DNA from: a virus
Virus record (IMG/VR): IMGVR_UViG_3300043395_003072
Span: 94,463 to 158,462 of that record
Reading direction: 5' to 3' (one strand)
Length of the DNA stretch: 64,000 nt
The position numbers were made by a program, and so were the translations under genes. The notes under the pieces were generated by a model. That model ran no database searches. It was not told where the DNA came from and saw only the letters and a program-made list of their open reading frames with translations. Shown here in pieces: positions 1 to 11,140 of the stretch (its first letter is position 1; every line of letters starts with the position of its first letter).

Positions 1-1997
1 GCATCAGGTATCGCTGAAAAATTCTTTGCATAGTATTGAGAGTTAGCTCTTCCTTGTTCAAGAAAGCTTATAATATTTAAATCTACTGCAATATTATCTT
101 TTGCTATGATATTGATCTGAAATTCAGGCTCAATAGATCCTAAAAACTGATGTGTTGGGTATTCTTGTCCAAGGATTGGGATAGAACTAATTATATTTCT
201 TAAACTACCTGATACTGCTGTTATTGCATGCCTAGTCGTTTTTAGATCTTCTTCTGCAATTCCGTATTGCAACATCTCCTCATTTAATATCTCCCTACCA
301 ATAATTGCTTCTAAATCTTCTTTACTAAAATCTAAATTCACTTCACTTATAACTTTTTCTAAAACATTTTCTAGACCTTCAACCCCACTGTATATACTAA
401 AGTTATCATCTATATATTTTTTTAATTCTTTAAAATCATTTGCATAAGTTGTTTTTGTTTTCTCTATTCTTGAACTCGAAGTATTAACACCTCGTATATA
501 ATAATCTACAATTTCTTTTGATGTAGTGATTGAGCTTTCTTCTTGATCAATGAAGCCAATTAAAGTTCCTTTTTTTATATTTGCTCTTGCCCATCCATTT
601 TTAACACGCTCAAAAGCACGCAAGTTAAATACTCTATCCAAGATATTCATTGGGCAGTACATACCTTCAACTTTAAACTCAACATCATTCTTAAACTTTG
701 CTACAAAAAGATTTTCGTCCCAAACTAAAATCTTACCATCTTCAGGACAAAATAAAGGAAATATTGCATATCTATCTGAACCTAATTTTCTTTTATTACC
801 AACTATCAAGTTGGTATCACTTGCACGCTTATAGTAAGGAGTATCTGTTATTGGGTAATAGGTATATTTATTTGCTTCTGTTTCTGGAATAATTGGTATT
901 TCAAAATTTCGCTCATTAGGTTTTAAACTTTCAAAAACAACTTCTTTTGAACTGAACATCTCTGGTTTAATTTCTCCAGAAATGCCTTTTAACAAAATCT
1001 CAAAATTCTCTTTTCTTTTTGCTTGTTTCTTTTCTAAAATATCTTCTGGGCTCACTCCTTCATCGATAATACTTCTTAGGTATTTATAAAATTCTGGAGT
1101 GTATTTTAACAACGCAAAACTTCTAAAATAAAAAACAGTAGTAGAAGATTTAAATAACATCTTCTCAATCAATTCATTCCTGAACTTTAATAAAGCATTA
1201 TCTCTTACTGAATGGAAACCTTCAGTGCCTTGCTCGAATTTACTCTTTACTAAAGAGTATTCATTTAAATTTTTAATTACAATCCCAAAATTTTCTTCTA
1301 AAGAAACTGATTGCAAATAATTAGAATATCTTACGTAGGCTTTAGAATCTTTGGGTTCTGTTACTGCAAACGAAACTATCGGATTTAAAGCACCAGCCTC
1401 TGATTTTAGAGAATTCTCTATTTCTCTAATAGACAAGTTCCCTGACTCTTCTTGTTTTGTGATAGAAATTATATTTTCTTCACCTTCGATACAGCTAAAG
1501 CTAACTCTTTGCTTTTGATCATTTTTTACTAAATCGTACCCCCAATCTTCTACATATCTTAAATTTGCATCATATACTTTTTCATTAAAATATCTAAGAT
1601 CTAACTCAACATTATAACTTCCAATTGAGCTTGGATGATTTATAATGTTGAGTCCCATTACTGTAAAATAAAAAACATCACCATTTGATTTTGTATTATC
1701 TATTGTTTTTTGTATCCATGAATTTTTAATAAAAACAAATGGATTATTTTTAATTTGACAAATAAGTCTATGTAATTGAACTAAACCATCTGGTGGAAAG
1801 GTTAAGTTTATTTGCGCATGATATATGCCATTACCCGATAAAACTTTTGTAGACACTCTAGTCCTTAATGACTTGATTGAATAATTTAAACCTTCTTTAT
1901 GCATAGATATACTTGTTGGAGGAACAAATAAACCTATATCGTTTATCCAAAAGTTTGGGTCAATATTCAAATTAATAATATTATCAAGTCCACGCAT
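1..1997 (-). CDS. Putative baseplate/tail-associated structural protein, 3'-truncated by the window edge
   Basis: ATG at 1997 directly follows the stop of the 3046-aa gene and reads MRGLDNIINLNIDPNFWINDIGLFVPP.... It is absent from the ORF track, consistent with no stop before position 1. Function is inferred from position only. Confidence 0.6.
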   Translation of the reverse strand, partial: MRGLDNIINLNIDPNFWINDIGLFVPPTSISMHKEGLNYSIKSLRTRVSTKVLSGNGIYHAQINLTFPPDGLVQLHRLICQIKNNPFVFIKNSWIQKTIDNTKSNGDVFYFTVMGLNIINHPSSIGSYNVELDLRYFNEKVYDANLRYVEDWGYDLVKNDQKQRVSFSCIEGEENIISITKQEESGNLSIREIENSLKSEAGALNPIVSFAVTEPKDSKAYVRYSNYLQSVSLEENFGIVIKNLNEYSLVKSKFEQGTEGFHSVRDNALLKFRNELIEKMLFKSSTTVFYFRSFALLKYTPEFYKYLRSIIDEGVSPEDILEKKQAKRKENFEILLKGISGEIKPEMFSSKEVVFESLKPNERNFEIPIIPETEANKYTYYPITDTPYYKRASDTNLIVGNKRKLGSDRYAIFPLFCPEDGKILVWDENLFVAKFKNDVEFKVEGMYCPMNILDRVFNLRAFERVKNGWARANIKKGTLIGFIDQEESSITTSKEIVDYYIRGVNTSSSRIEKTKTTYANDFKELKKYIDDNFSIYSGVEGLENVLEKVISEVNLDFSKEDLEAIIGREILNEEMLQYGIAEEDLKTTRHAITAVSGSLRNIISSIPILGQEYPTHQFLGSIEPEFQINIIAKDNIAVDLNIISFLEQGRANSQYYAKNFSAIPD

Positions 1998-1998
1998 A

Positions 1999-4900
1999 TT
2001 AATCCCTTATGGATTTTGTAATATAAGAATTAGAGATAGGCATTCTTCCATCTTGTATACCAAGAAATGCATTGCCTCCAGCGCCAACTACTTTTCTTGC
2101 AGACATCATCGCTTCTGAATAAGTTGGTGCTTCTCCATACATTCTGATTGAAGAGTTTCTAGTTACCATAGTCTCTCCTAAATTGATAGGTCTATCGTAA
2201 GTATTCATAGGTTCTTCAAATCTACTGGGTGCTACATTAGCATGCTCTTTATGGTTCATATTGTAAAGATGACGACCGCCTAGTGACTCTCTCGCTCTCA
2301 TATCAGAAAACTTATTTTCTGCCTCAAGAACTTCAGGAGAATTTTTTACTCCAACTAAGTATCCTGCTCCCATTGCAGCCGCAGCTAAATACCCACCACC
2401 TCTCTTTGAAATAATATCCATATTCATCGCTACAGTCTCTCTAAGGTTCCTTTGAGCATTCATAATTTCTTCAATTCTATCAACATTAATATCTCCGCTG
2501 AATCCACCTTCCATTGAAGAAGCTAAGAGACTCATTACTTGCCTCATTGAGAAAGCATCTCCAGATTCTAACACTTTATGCAGTCTTGAGTTTGATCCTA
2601 AGTTATGCAAGCCTCTTTCTTTTACAGTTCTTGCCATTACATCAAATGTTTCTCTTAAACTATCTCTGTTTAACTGAACGTTATTTAAAGATTCTCTTAG
2701 AGACTTGCTTGCTTCTCCTTCTGGAATATTTAGAAACTCAATATTTCCTAATGTAACGTTGCCTCCTGTTTCGTAAGCAGTTCCCTTAAAAATATTCTGA
2801 TCAAAGAAATTAAATATAGCTTCTCCACTACCAGAACTATAAGAGGTTTTTAGGGCTGATAAGAATTCCACACCAACGTCTGCTGCTACCTGTAAGTGCT
2901 TAGCTTTAATGATCAAAGATTCCTGAGCAACCGCAACTAAAGATGCGCCAGCTCTTAATCTATTGAAATAGGTTCTCATAGCGTCTTCTCCCCCTGCTCC
3001 ACCTTCATCTACTGCTGCTTGAGCTAAGCCCAACATACCTACTTTTATTTGTACGTCTAAGCCACCTACTGACTTAAGAATTCTTTCTTTTTCATATTGA
3101 TCTAATCTGAAATCCATTATGTTTAATGAGCTAGCCCCCATTCTTTCTCCGTAAACATCCATACCTCGACCTAGCTCTTTCATATTGATCAAGAATTCAG
3201 CACCAGTTCTATATAATCCGTGGAAAGACTCAGCGTTGTTTTTGAAACGCTCTCTCATGACATTAGTGGTGTCATGATAGACTTGATATATATCTGCATC
3301 GAAGTCACCAATTGAAAATCTGCTAAAGTCCATACGTGATTCATATTGTAAAAGTTTACCTTTAGCATCATACATTTGTTTGCCTTCTTTAAGTAGATCA
3401 GCTTTCACATCTATCTGAGGAAAATAAATTATACCTCCACCAACGTCTCCATATGTTTGATGGTAACTAAGTCCTCGCATTAACAGCTTATTTATTCCCT
3501 CCCTTACAGTCGTAGTTTGCTCTCCTTCAGCTGTAGTATATTTTATCTGCTTATCACCAAAAGTTTCGTCTAATTTTTTTAAATCTTCAAGTCGTGCAAT
3601 CCTCTTACTCTCTGTTGCTTCTTGTAAAGCCAAAAACAACGAGTTAACTCCACCAACTTTATTCCCAGTAGTTTCTATAAATTTCCTGCCTTCTTGACCT
3701 ACAGCAGCTCTTACAGCTGCATCTTCTTCTGGAGATATCTCGTATTGCCTATTTTTAAAGATTTGCCTTCCATCTATTACTACGGGTTTTCCAGCCTCAT
3801 CTAGCACTGGTGTTTTTCCTTTATTTACATCAGCCATCAACCTACTTAAGTCAGAATCATATAGTTCTTGCAATTGTGCTTTTATACTTGCAAATTCCGC
3901 CCTACTAGCTTCGTACTCTGCTTTAGATGGGAGCGTATCTAAGGATTCTGTAAGTTGTTGTAGTCTTGCTTCTTTCGCTTTCACAACATCATCATATTCT
4001 GTTTGTACAGCAGCTAGCTGAGCGTTTCTCCCCGCTATTAGCTCTTCACGTTTTGCTTTGTAAGCTGCTTTTGCTTGAGCTTGTTCCTCTTTTAAGCTTT
4101 CAAAATGAGCAAAAGCATCATTAACTTGTCCTCTTGCAGCTTCTATTTCTGGACTAGTCATTACTCTTTTAACACTTCCATCTTTATCAGTAATGTCTTT
4201 AAAACTTATTCCGCCTGACATTACTGAACTTAAACTTCTCCTTAGTTCATCTGCTTGTTCTCCTTGAAGATCTCCTCTCAAGACAAAGAATTCAATTACA
4301 TTATTGCTTTTTATTCCTGAGCTTTTGCTTCCTCTTTCAATACGCTTAGCCATGTTCTCTTTGAATGCATTTATTCTGTAACTTTTATTCCTAATAAAGT
4401 CTCCAACCGTAAAAATACCAGCTTCTTTTAGTCCTGCTTTATTATAAAGTCCGTAAAATGCTCCTAGTTGTTTTTCAAAACTTGTGCCTGATTTAAACCT
4501 CTGAGCAAAATCACCTATCGAAACAAGGTCGTCTGCTCTGGGCAAGTTCCTTCTTTCTAATTCAAATAAATCTTCTACTTGTTTATCTACAAAAGACAAT
4601 CTTGCTCGTTCTCTTGCTCTTCTTTCTAATTTTTCTAGCGCACGTTTCTCTTTTGTAGCAACATTACCTCTTCTTTCTTCACTAGCAGCTTCTCTTTGTT
4701 GAAGGTTTTCTTCTTCAACTCCTTCTAATGAACTTAATCTTTGCGCTGCTCTATTTTCAGCTCTAGTTAAATCTGCAACCTTAGCTGCCTTTGCTTCACT
4801 GTCTTCCTCTTTTGCTAAAGCTGCAAGTCTTGCTCTTATATCTCCTAGGCTGCGTCGTCTTTTTTCGATTTCCGTTTTTACTTTAGGCTTTATCTCTCTT

Positions 4901-7900
4901 GTTACTATTCCTGCTTCTCTTTTTTCAATGATAGCTTTTGTTTTAGCAATAAACTCTTTTTCTTTTTTTGTATAAGGAATAACTCTATCGTCGCGAGTTC
5001 TACTTAAAATATCATTTACTTCTCGAACAATGTTTTGATTTACTCTACCTTCTGTAAAAAAAGAAGATGCCAGTCTATATGCTTTGGCTATTTCATCTGA
5101 TAGTTGATATCTTGTTTTTCCTGAAGTGCCTTGTCCAAGTAAATTTAATCTTAACTCTGAGAAAGTTTTACTTAAAGTATCGATTGTTTCGCCTGCTTGC
5201 GTTTGTGTAGTTTCGGCCACTAACTGTCTGCTTGTTTCTATTACATTCTGAAATAAAGCCCCGGAGATAATAGCATTAGTAATCCCAATCCCCTTATACT
5301 CAATGTGTCCGTAACCTTCTATTTCTTGAAAAAAACGCCTACTTGAATCTTCTGGAGATATTTTCATTTCAAGACCAAGAATGCTTCTTAATGTACTTTC
5401 TACTTGTTCAAGATGCTCTCGATTAGTGTCGTATTCTTTTAATTTATTTTGAGCTTTTCTGACAGTTTTCAAAACATCTAAATCTTGAGAATCTGGACCT
5501 CCAGATAAAGTATATCTATCATTCTCTGGTCCATATCCAAAAATGTACTCACCATCACCATGCCTGACTATTGACTTAGTAAAAAGATCAAATACATCTT
5601 CTCCTCCTTTAAAAGTACCTGGAGATTCAGGGTTGAAAATAGGTTCTCTGGCTAAGCCCCTATGTTCCAAATACGATACTTTACCCTCTCCTTTTCCTAC
5701 ATAATAACCTGTAGGCTTTAAATACCCCTTATCTATTAAAAATTCTTCAAACGTATTTCTATATTTTGAATCCCCACTCAAATCTATATAATCAGTTATT
5801 GCTTGCTTGAATAAGGTTTCATTTCCCTTAAATACATCTTCAAAAACATTAAGTTTATTTTTTGTTTTTCGTAGTATAGGATCACCTTGTTGGATCTCGA
5901 ACTTCTTTAAAGTTAATCTTTGTTTAGCTGATTCAAAAGCTTGATTAACTTGATCAACATAACTGCTTCTAGTACTTTCTCCAATTAGTGGTTCAGAACC
6001 TATAATTCTATTTTCACCTAATAAAATATCAGTATCAGTTTTAACAACTTTTCCTTCTGAAGTTAAAAGCTTAGCATTTGAATCTCCATCACTATCAACT
6101 CCCAAGTGCCTTGCATAAGGTTGATTACTAACGCGTTCTAGCCTTAGGTTAGGGACTTGCTTCATTAACCTCGCTAATCTTTCGCGTTGCCTTGTGATAT
6201 AATCTGTTTGGGAATATTGAAGCTCAAGGATTCCACCCCTAATAAAATCTGGGATGTTTTCTCCAAAGCCACTTGAAAAAGGCATTCTAAAACGAATCGA
6301 ATCTAAAATATCTAGACCTTTATTATACCCCAGAGTAGAATCAGTTGGATTTACTCTATATTTTACAGCTGCTTGTTTAACTAAATTATTCACAATATTT
6401 CTTGCATTAATGCGCTTTTCATAAGCTTCTCTTTGTACCCTTTTAAGGTTATCTTTTGCTTGGTCTATTCTTTGTGATGCGCTAGCAAAACGACCCTGAA
6501 CACTTTCTACGACAGCTTTAGCGGCTTTTAGCTCTGTTTCAAATCGCTTAGCGTAACTACCTGTAGCGATATTCCTCTCTGCTCTAGTTCTTGTAGCTAC
6601 AAAGATACTTTCTCCAGCTTTAGTTTTTAAATCTGATTCTTGAATAGAATCCAAAAGTTTACTTTTCTTTTCTATTTGAAAATCTAAGTTCTTTTTTTGA
6701 GGATCTGTATCTTCTAATGCTTTAGCTTCAGTTCGCAAAGCTGCAATTTCTTCAGTCAGCTTAGTTCTTAAAGCTTCTGCATCGCTAGCAAGTCCAACTC
6801 TATAAGTCTCAGTTACAAGTTTAACCCCACCACTTCCATCATCTACATAACCTCCCATAATATCTGCTCTTCTTGCATGAAGAGTTTCTCTTGCTAATCT
6901 TAGTTCCCCATATATTCTTGCTTTTTCTTGATACACTGCAGTTACGTCTCTTATATAACTGTTTGTACCGTCCGTTCTCGACTCTATTTTGTATTCGAAG
7001 CTATTTTCAATTAGCTCACTCCCAACTACCTCATATCTTCCTGTTATTTTATTAAACTTTCTTTTTTCTCTAGTCCTCTGTCTATCTACAATTCTATTTC
7101 CTTCACTATCAGTTTCAAAAATAGTTTTTCCAAGGATTCCATGTAGCTCTGCTTTTCTCTCTTTTAGAGCTACAATTTGTTCGAAGCGACTAAGTTTTGC
7201 TGCTTCATATTCTTCAAAAGAATTAAATTTAAACTTATCTCCATATAAGGTTTTTAATTTTTCATACTTAAGTTGATTCTTTCTTCTCTTTATTTCTGCT
7301 TTTCCTTCATCTGTAAATTTAGTCTCATCATATTCGGGACCGCCTGAAATTAGCTTAATGAACGGATCGTCCTCTCCTTCTAAGAAATCATAGCGCATGA
7401 TCTCCATGCCAGGCATAAAGTGAGCAAAATAAATATTTGGGTTACGCTGTACTGTTGCAAAGATACCTTTCTTTTCTTTATCGTACATTCCAAAATAAAA
7501 GTTGCGCATAGCTTCTGTAGTTCTGCGTTCAATTTCTGCAGCTATTTCAACTTCGTTACCATTAGCAAACTTATCAAATCTTAGTTGACGAGCTGTAGCT
7601 TCTTTGAAAGTAGTCATACTATCTAAAAAGCCTTGGCTATCTTGAAACAGTACATAGCCTCTTTTCTGGTTGAATGCATCAAGCAAACCCTGTCTTATAG
7701 CTGATTGCTCCCCTCCACCTAGCGTTGGAAGTAAAGAAGAACTAGCTGCATCTTTTCCAAAAACAATTCCTTGCCCCATATAAGTCCCTGATCCACTAAT
7801 CCTCCCAGTCAATGCATCTCTAAGAGCATATCCAGAAACCTTTGCAATCGAACCTCTAGCTGCTTTGAATCCGCTTAAAGCGTATCCAAATTTCACATCG

Positions 7901-10900
7901 TTTCCACTACTATCAAACATTCCTGAAATAGATGCATTTAAGTCTGTAATGTATCGTGTGAATTCATTTTCTATATTTATATTGTCTCCGCTTTTTCCTA
8001 CTACGAATCCTTCCAGATTTTCTAAAGTTGAAGCTCCTGGAAGATATATTTTACTTTTTCCACCTGTAATATCTAATATTCTTTTTAGATCCGTTTGATT
8101 AGTAAAAAGCTCTTCCAAATTTAAAATAGATCCAGATGCTCCACCCCTATTTATCAGGAAGTTTTTAACACCTGCTTCATCAGCTCCAAGCCTTATTAAC
8201 TCTTGAGCTTCAGCTCTACTTAGGGATTTTAAGCTTGAGATACCTTTTATTTGATTTTCAAAATCAACATTTCCCATTTGACTTAAACTAAAACTAGTTA
8301 ATTTCATTCCAAGTAAAGCTTCGGGTCTTCCACCAATATTATCTTGGCGAGCCAAAAATGATCCAAGGAACCTAGTAGCACTAGACTCATCTAGCCCAAA
8401 ATTCATTCTCAATGATGAATACAAGTAATTCATAAAGCGCGGTTCTATCTTTGCAAGATTTCTTGCGTAGTCTGTATGTACGCCACCGCTAGAAACATAA
8501 TGCGCAGTAAAAGTAATACCTCTTTTAATCTCTTGCATAGTTTTATTTGAGTTAAGCCTTGCTCCGCTAGCAAGTCTTTGCTGCACGATAGTTTCAAACT
8601 CGCTAGTAGTTAAAAACTTACCAGACCTATCATAAGCCCCTCCGAGTATTCTCCCCACATCAGCCTCAGTTAAACCGTGAGTTTCTGCAAGATTTAAAAC
8701 AGCTTGTACTGAAGCACCCATATATGCTTTCTTACGACCTAAAGCTCCTGCAGAATCAAGACTGGTGTACGCTTCTCCAGTCATTGAATTGATTGCTTTT
8801 AAATAAGCATCGTCGCTTCCGATTAATTTCTTCATCTCAGCTTCATAAAGATTTCTACCGACTCCAAACAACTCAAGAGACCCAGCTATTTGCGAGCTGA
8901 TAAATTGAGGTCCTTTCTTAAGTTGTTCAGTTGTAGTTAACAATGTTTGATTATGTTTCACATTCAAGTCTGTAAAGAAGCTAGATATTTCACTATCACT
9001 CAAACCAGCCTGCTTTAACTTTTGTTGCATTTGTGCTTCTGTAATACCAAAAGTAGTATCTTTTAAGATTGTAGAGAACATCTTAGTTCTATCTAACCTT
9101 TGGACCATCTCACCGCTTATATGTGATCTGGTTCGACCACTCTCAAAAGAGCTTTCAACAATCCCTAATGTGAAATTCATAATTCCTTTTTTTCTAGAGA
9201 TAGCAGCTACATCTTCATCGCTAAGCCCTAAAATAGCTCGACCTTGCCTATCTCCAAATTCTTTAAAGAATTGGTCAACGCTATAGTCCCCCCCCTCTCC
9301 AATTACCAAGAAGGGGTTCTTGGTGCCAACTCTGCTTTTCAAAGTACTAAATAATTTACTTTCAGTTAATCCATCATCATATACAGTCTGATTAATTGAA
9401 GATTTTACTTCTAGTGTCCCTCCAAAGTAAGACATACCTTCACCAAGACCTAAGCCTTGACTTACATTACTACTTAACATTATTGCTCCAAGATTTACTC
9501 CATGAACTCTCGAGGCTGTCTTATTTATACCAATCAAATCTCCACCACTACCTACGCTTGCTATTGTTCTATTCTTACCAAACCTATAACTTTTATCTAC
9601 TCCCACTACTCCTGCACCTAATTCATAACGTCCAACCATCTGAAAGTCACGTGCAGTTTGCTCGTTGATAACTTCATCTATTCTCCCATAAGGAGCCATT
9701 ACATTAAATGCAGATTCATTTGCTCTTGCCATTGTTACATCAGTAAAAGAAAGCGTTTTATTTCTATTAAATGGATCTTCAACTCTTGTTATTATTGGAT
9801 ACCCTGTTCCTCTCACATCTTCTGGGTACATTTGCATTAAGCGCTTAACTAGGTTTTGTTGCATTTCTCCAGGAAAATCTTCTAACCCTGCTATGAGAAA
9901 TCTAGCACTTTGAACGCTTCTTGCAAACTGCATATTTTCTTGAAATTGCTTACTTATTAAAGATACTCCTCTTTCATTTTGTATCTCACTAAAATTTGTG
10001 AACATTCCTCTTGGAGCATCAAGTCCAGGCATTCTTAAGAATTCGTAAAAGTTTTTAATGTCTCGCCTAGACATATTATTTAAACTACCAAAATCACCAA
10101 ACCCCTTAGATACTCTTTGAAAAATATACTCTTCATAAGAGTAAGAACCCTTCCCTGAGTAAAGATTCCCCCCTCTTGCGGAGGTTAAATCTATATTATT
10201 AAATATTTCAGGAGCATTTAATACTCTTTGTGGAGCAATATATCTTGTGCTTAAATTCTCTGTAGCTCTAACAACTACCATTCCATTTCTATCTCTAGAT
10301 AAATAAAGTGGAACTTTTACTGAAGAAGCTTCGTTACCTACTCTTAAATATAAATTTTTAATTCCTGTCTTGTCAGCATTATCTTCGAATCCAAGCAAAC
10401 TTACATTATCTGCTCCACCTGCCATTTTTACATAATTGGCATATCTTGTACGAACTTCATTAACGTCAGCCCCCATATCCTTCAACGTTGCAGCCAACCT
10501 TGAGTCTCCTAACCCTGAAAACTCTTCCATCTTAACTTGTCTCTCTAAGTTAAGAATCGTAGAGCTATCTCTTCCAGATAGAGTGCTTTTTATTTTATCT
10601 AATTGCGCAAACTTTCTTCTAAATTTAGAAAGAAACTTATCGTTGCTAGCAATGTAAGAATTATAAGAGCTTTCAAGTCTATCAATTTGTTCGCTTGTTA
10701 GATTTCCAGTATTATATCCTGATTTTATGATTTCTTTTAAATCACTTGATCCTAATTCTTTTAAAGAATCATAAAGGCTGCCTAGTAGCGCTCTTTTATC
10801 TTCTATTGAAGCATCTGAACTTTCCAATACAGTTCTTATTTGAAGATCGTTTTTAAAATCAGCTAGAGCTTGTGTTTTTGCTGCGTTTTGCAATTCTTGC

Positions 10901-11139
10901 AAAGCCATTGAATCTCTTCTTAAAGAAGAACCTACTCTATTAAATTCACCAGAACCCGTACTGCGGAAAGATCCTATTTTAGAATTTACTTCTTGAACAA
11001 TATTAGAGCCTTGAAAACTTTTATATCCTGCATACCCAAGCGCCCCAACTGTTAAAGCTTCTTTACCTATAGAAGACATCTTTTCTTTTACTTCGCTATT
11101 ATCTTTATTAAATAAGCTTCTTAAAAGTTCACTCGCCAT
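1999..11139 (-). CDS. Giant virion protein, candidate virion-packaged two-barrel RNA polymerase
   Basis: 3046 aa. Contains GDFDADIYQVY (DxDxD Mg-binding loop, nt 3292-3306), an upstream VQRNP motif and a K..STILKD segment resembling the two-lysine barrel. It lies in the tail module after the tape-measure-like gene. Confidence 0.6.
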   Translation of the reverse strand: MASELLRSLFNKDNSEVKEKMSSIGKEALTVGALGYAGYKSFQGSNIVQEVNSKIGSFRSTGSGEFNRVGSSLRRDSMALQELQNAAKTQALADFKNDLQIRTVLESSDASIEDKRALLGSLYDSLKELGSSDLKEIIKSGYNTGNLTSEQIDRLESSYNSYIASNDKFLSKFRRKFAQLDKIKSTLSGRDSSTILNLERQVKMEEFSGLGDSRLAATLKDMGADVNEVRTRYANYVKMAGGADNVSLLGFEDNADKTGIKNLYLRVGNEASSVKVPLYLSRDRNGMVVVRATENLSTRYIAPQRVLNAPEIFNNIDLTSARGGNLYSGKGSYSYEEYIFQRVSKGFGDFGSLNNMSRRDIKNFYEFLRMPGLDAPRGMFTNFSEIQNERGVSLISKQFQENMQFARSVQSARFLIAGLEDFPGEMQQNLVKRLMQMYPEDVRGTGYPIITRVEDPFNRNKTLSFTDVTMARANESAFNVMAPYGRIDEVINEQTARDFQMVGRYELGAGVVGVDKSYRFGKNRTIASVGSGGDLIGINKTASRVHGVNLGAIMLSSNVSQGLGLGEGMSYFGGTLEVKSSINQTVYDDGLTESKLFSTLKSRVGTKNPFLVIGEGGDYSVDQFFKEFGDRQGRAILGLSDEDVAAISRKKGIMNFTLGIVESSFESGRTRSHISGEMVQRLDRTKMFSTILKDTTFGITEAQMQQKLKQAGLSDSEISSFFTDLNVKHNQTLLTTTEQLKKGPQFISSQIAGSLELFGVGRNLYEAEMKKLIGSDDAYLKAINSMTGEAYTSLDSAGALGRKKAYMGASVQAVLNLAETHGLTEADVGRILGGAYDRSGKFLTTSEFETIVQQRLASGARLNSNKTMQEIKRGITFTAHYVSSGGVHTDYARNLAKIEPRFMNYLYSSLRMNFGLDESSATRFLGSFLARQDNIGGRPEALLGMKLTSFSLSQMGNVDFENQIKGISSLKSLSRAEAQELIRLGADEAGVKNFLINRGGASGSILNLEELFTNQTDLKRILDITGGKSKIYLPGASTLENLEGFVVGKSGDNINIENEFTRYITDLNASISGMFDSSGNDVKFGYALSGFKAARGSIAKVSGYALRDALTGRISGSGTYMGQGIVFGKDAASSSLLPTLGGGEQSAIRQGLLDAFNQKRGYVLFQDSQGFLDSMTTFKEATARQLRFDKFANGNEVEIAAEIERRTTEAMRNFYFGMYDKEKKGIFATVQRNPNIYFAHFMPGMEIMRYDFLEGEDDPFIKLISGGPEYDETKFTDEGKAEIKRRKNQLKYEKLKTLYGDKFKFNSFEEYEAAKLSRFEQIVALKERKAELHGILGKTIFETDSEGNRIVDRQRTREKRKFNKITGRYEVVGSELIENSFEYKIESRTDGTNSYIRDVTAVYQEKARIYGELRLARETLHARRADIMGGYVDDGSGGVKLVTETYRVGLASDAEALRTKLTEEIAALRTEAKALEDTDPQKKNLDFQIEKKSKLLDSIQESDLKTKAGESIFVATRTRAERNIATGSYAKRFETELKAAKAVVESVQGRFASASQRIDQAKDNLKRVQREAYEKRINARNIVNNLVKQAAVKYRVNPTDSTLGYNKGLDILDSIRFRMPFSSGFGENIPDFIRGGILELQYSQTDYITRQRERLARLMKQVPNLRLERVSNQPYARHLGVDSDGDSNAKLLTSEGKVVKTDTDILLGENRIIGSEPLIGESTRSSYVDQVNQAFESAKQRLTLKKFEIQQGDPILRKTKNKLNVFEDVFKGNETLFKQAITDYIDLSGDSKYRNTFEEFLIDKGYLKPTGYYVGKGEGKVSYLEHRGLAREPIFNPESPGTFKGGEDVFDLFTKSIVRHGDGEYIFGYGPENDRYTLSGGPDSQDLDVLKTVRKAQNKLKEYDTNREHLEQVESTLRSILGLEMKISPEDSSRRFFQEIEGYGHIEYKGIGITNAIISGALFQNVIETSRQLVAETTQTQAGETIDTLSKTFSELRLNLLGQGTSGKTRYQLSDEIAKAYRLASSFFTEGRVNQNIVREVNDILSRTRDDRVIPYTKKEKEFIAKTKAIIEKREAGIVTREIKPKVKTEIEKRRRSLGDIRARLAALAKEEDSEAKAAKVADLTRAENRAAQRLSSLEGVEEENLQQREAASEERRGNVATKEKRALEKLERRARERARLSFVDKQVEDLFELERRNLPRADDLVSIGDFAQRFKSGTSFEKQLGAFYGLYNKAGLKEAGIFTVGDFIRNKSYRINAFKENMAKRIERGSKSSGIKSNNVIEFFVLRGDLQGEQADELRRSLSSVMSGGISFKDITDKDGSVKRVMTSPEIEAARGQVNDAFAHFESLKEEQAQAKAAYKAKREELIAGRNAQLAAVQTEYDDVVKAKEARLQQLTESLDTLPSKAEYEASRAEFASIKAQLQELYDSDLSRLMADVNKGKTPVLDEAGKPVVIDGRQIFKNRQYEISPEEDAAVRAAVGQEGRKFIETTGNKVGGVNSLFLALQEATESKRIARLEDLKKLDETFGDKQIKYTTAEGEQTTTVREGINKLLMRGLSYHQTYGDVGGGIIYFPQIDVKADLLKEGKQMYDAKGKLLQYESRMDFSRFSIGDFDADIYQVYHDTTNVMRERFKNNAESFHGLYRTGAEFLINMKELGRGMDVYGERMGASSLNIMDFRLDQYEKERILKSVGGLDVQIKVGMLGLAQAAVDEGGAGGEDAMRTYFNRLRAGASLVAVAQESLIIKAKHLQVAADVGVEFLSALKTSYSSGSGEAIFNFFDQNIFKGTAYETGGNVTLGNIEFLNIPEGEASKSLRESLNNVQLNRDSLRETFDVMARTVKERGLHNLGSNSRLHKVLESGDAFSMRQVMSLLASSMEGGFSGDINVDRIEEIMNAQRNLRETVAMNMDIISKRGGGYLAAAAMGAGYLVGVKNSPEVLEAENKFSDMRARESLGGRHLYNMNHKEHANVAPSRFEEPMNTYDRPINLGETMVTRNSSIRMYGEAPTYSEAMMSARKVVGAGGNAFLGIQDGRMPISNSYITKSIRD

Positions 11140-11140
11140 A

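Noticed and set aside
6080-6100. DSDGD within the 3046-aa protein as a polymerase active site
   Set aside because: It sits in the low-complexity inserted region without the flanking hydrophobic strand; the C-terminal GDFDADIYQVY fits much better.
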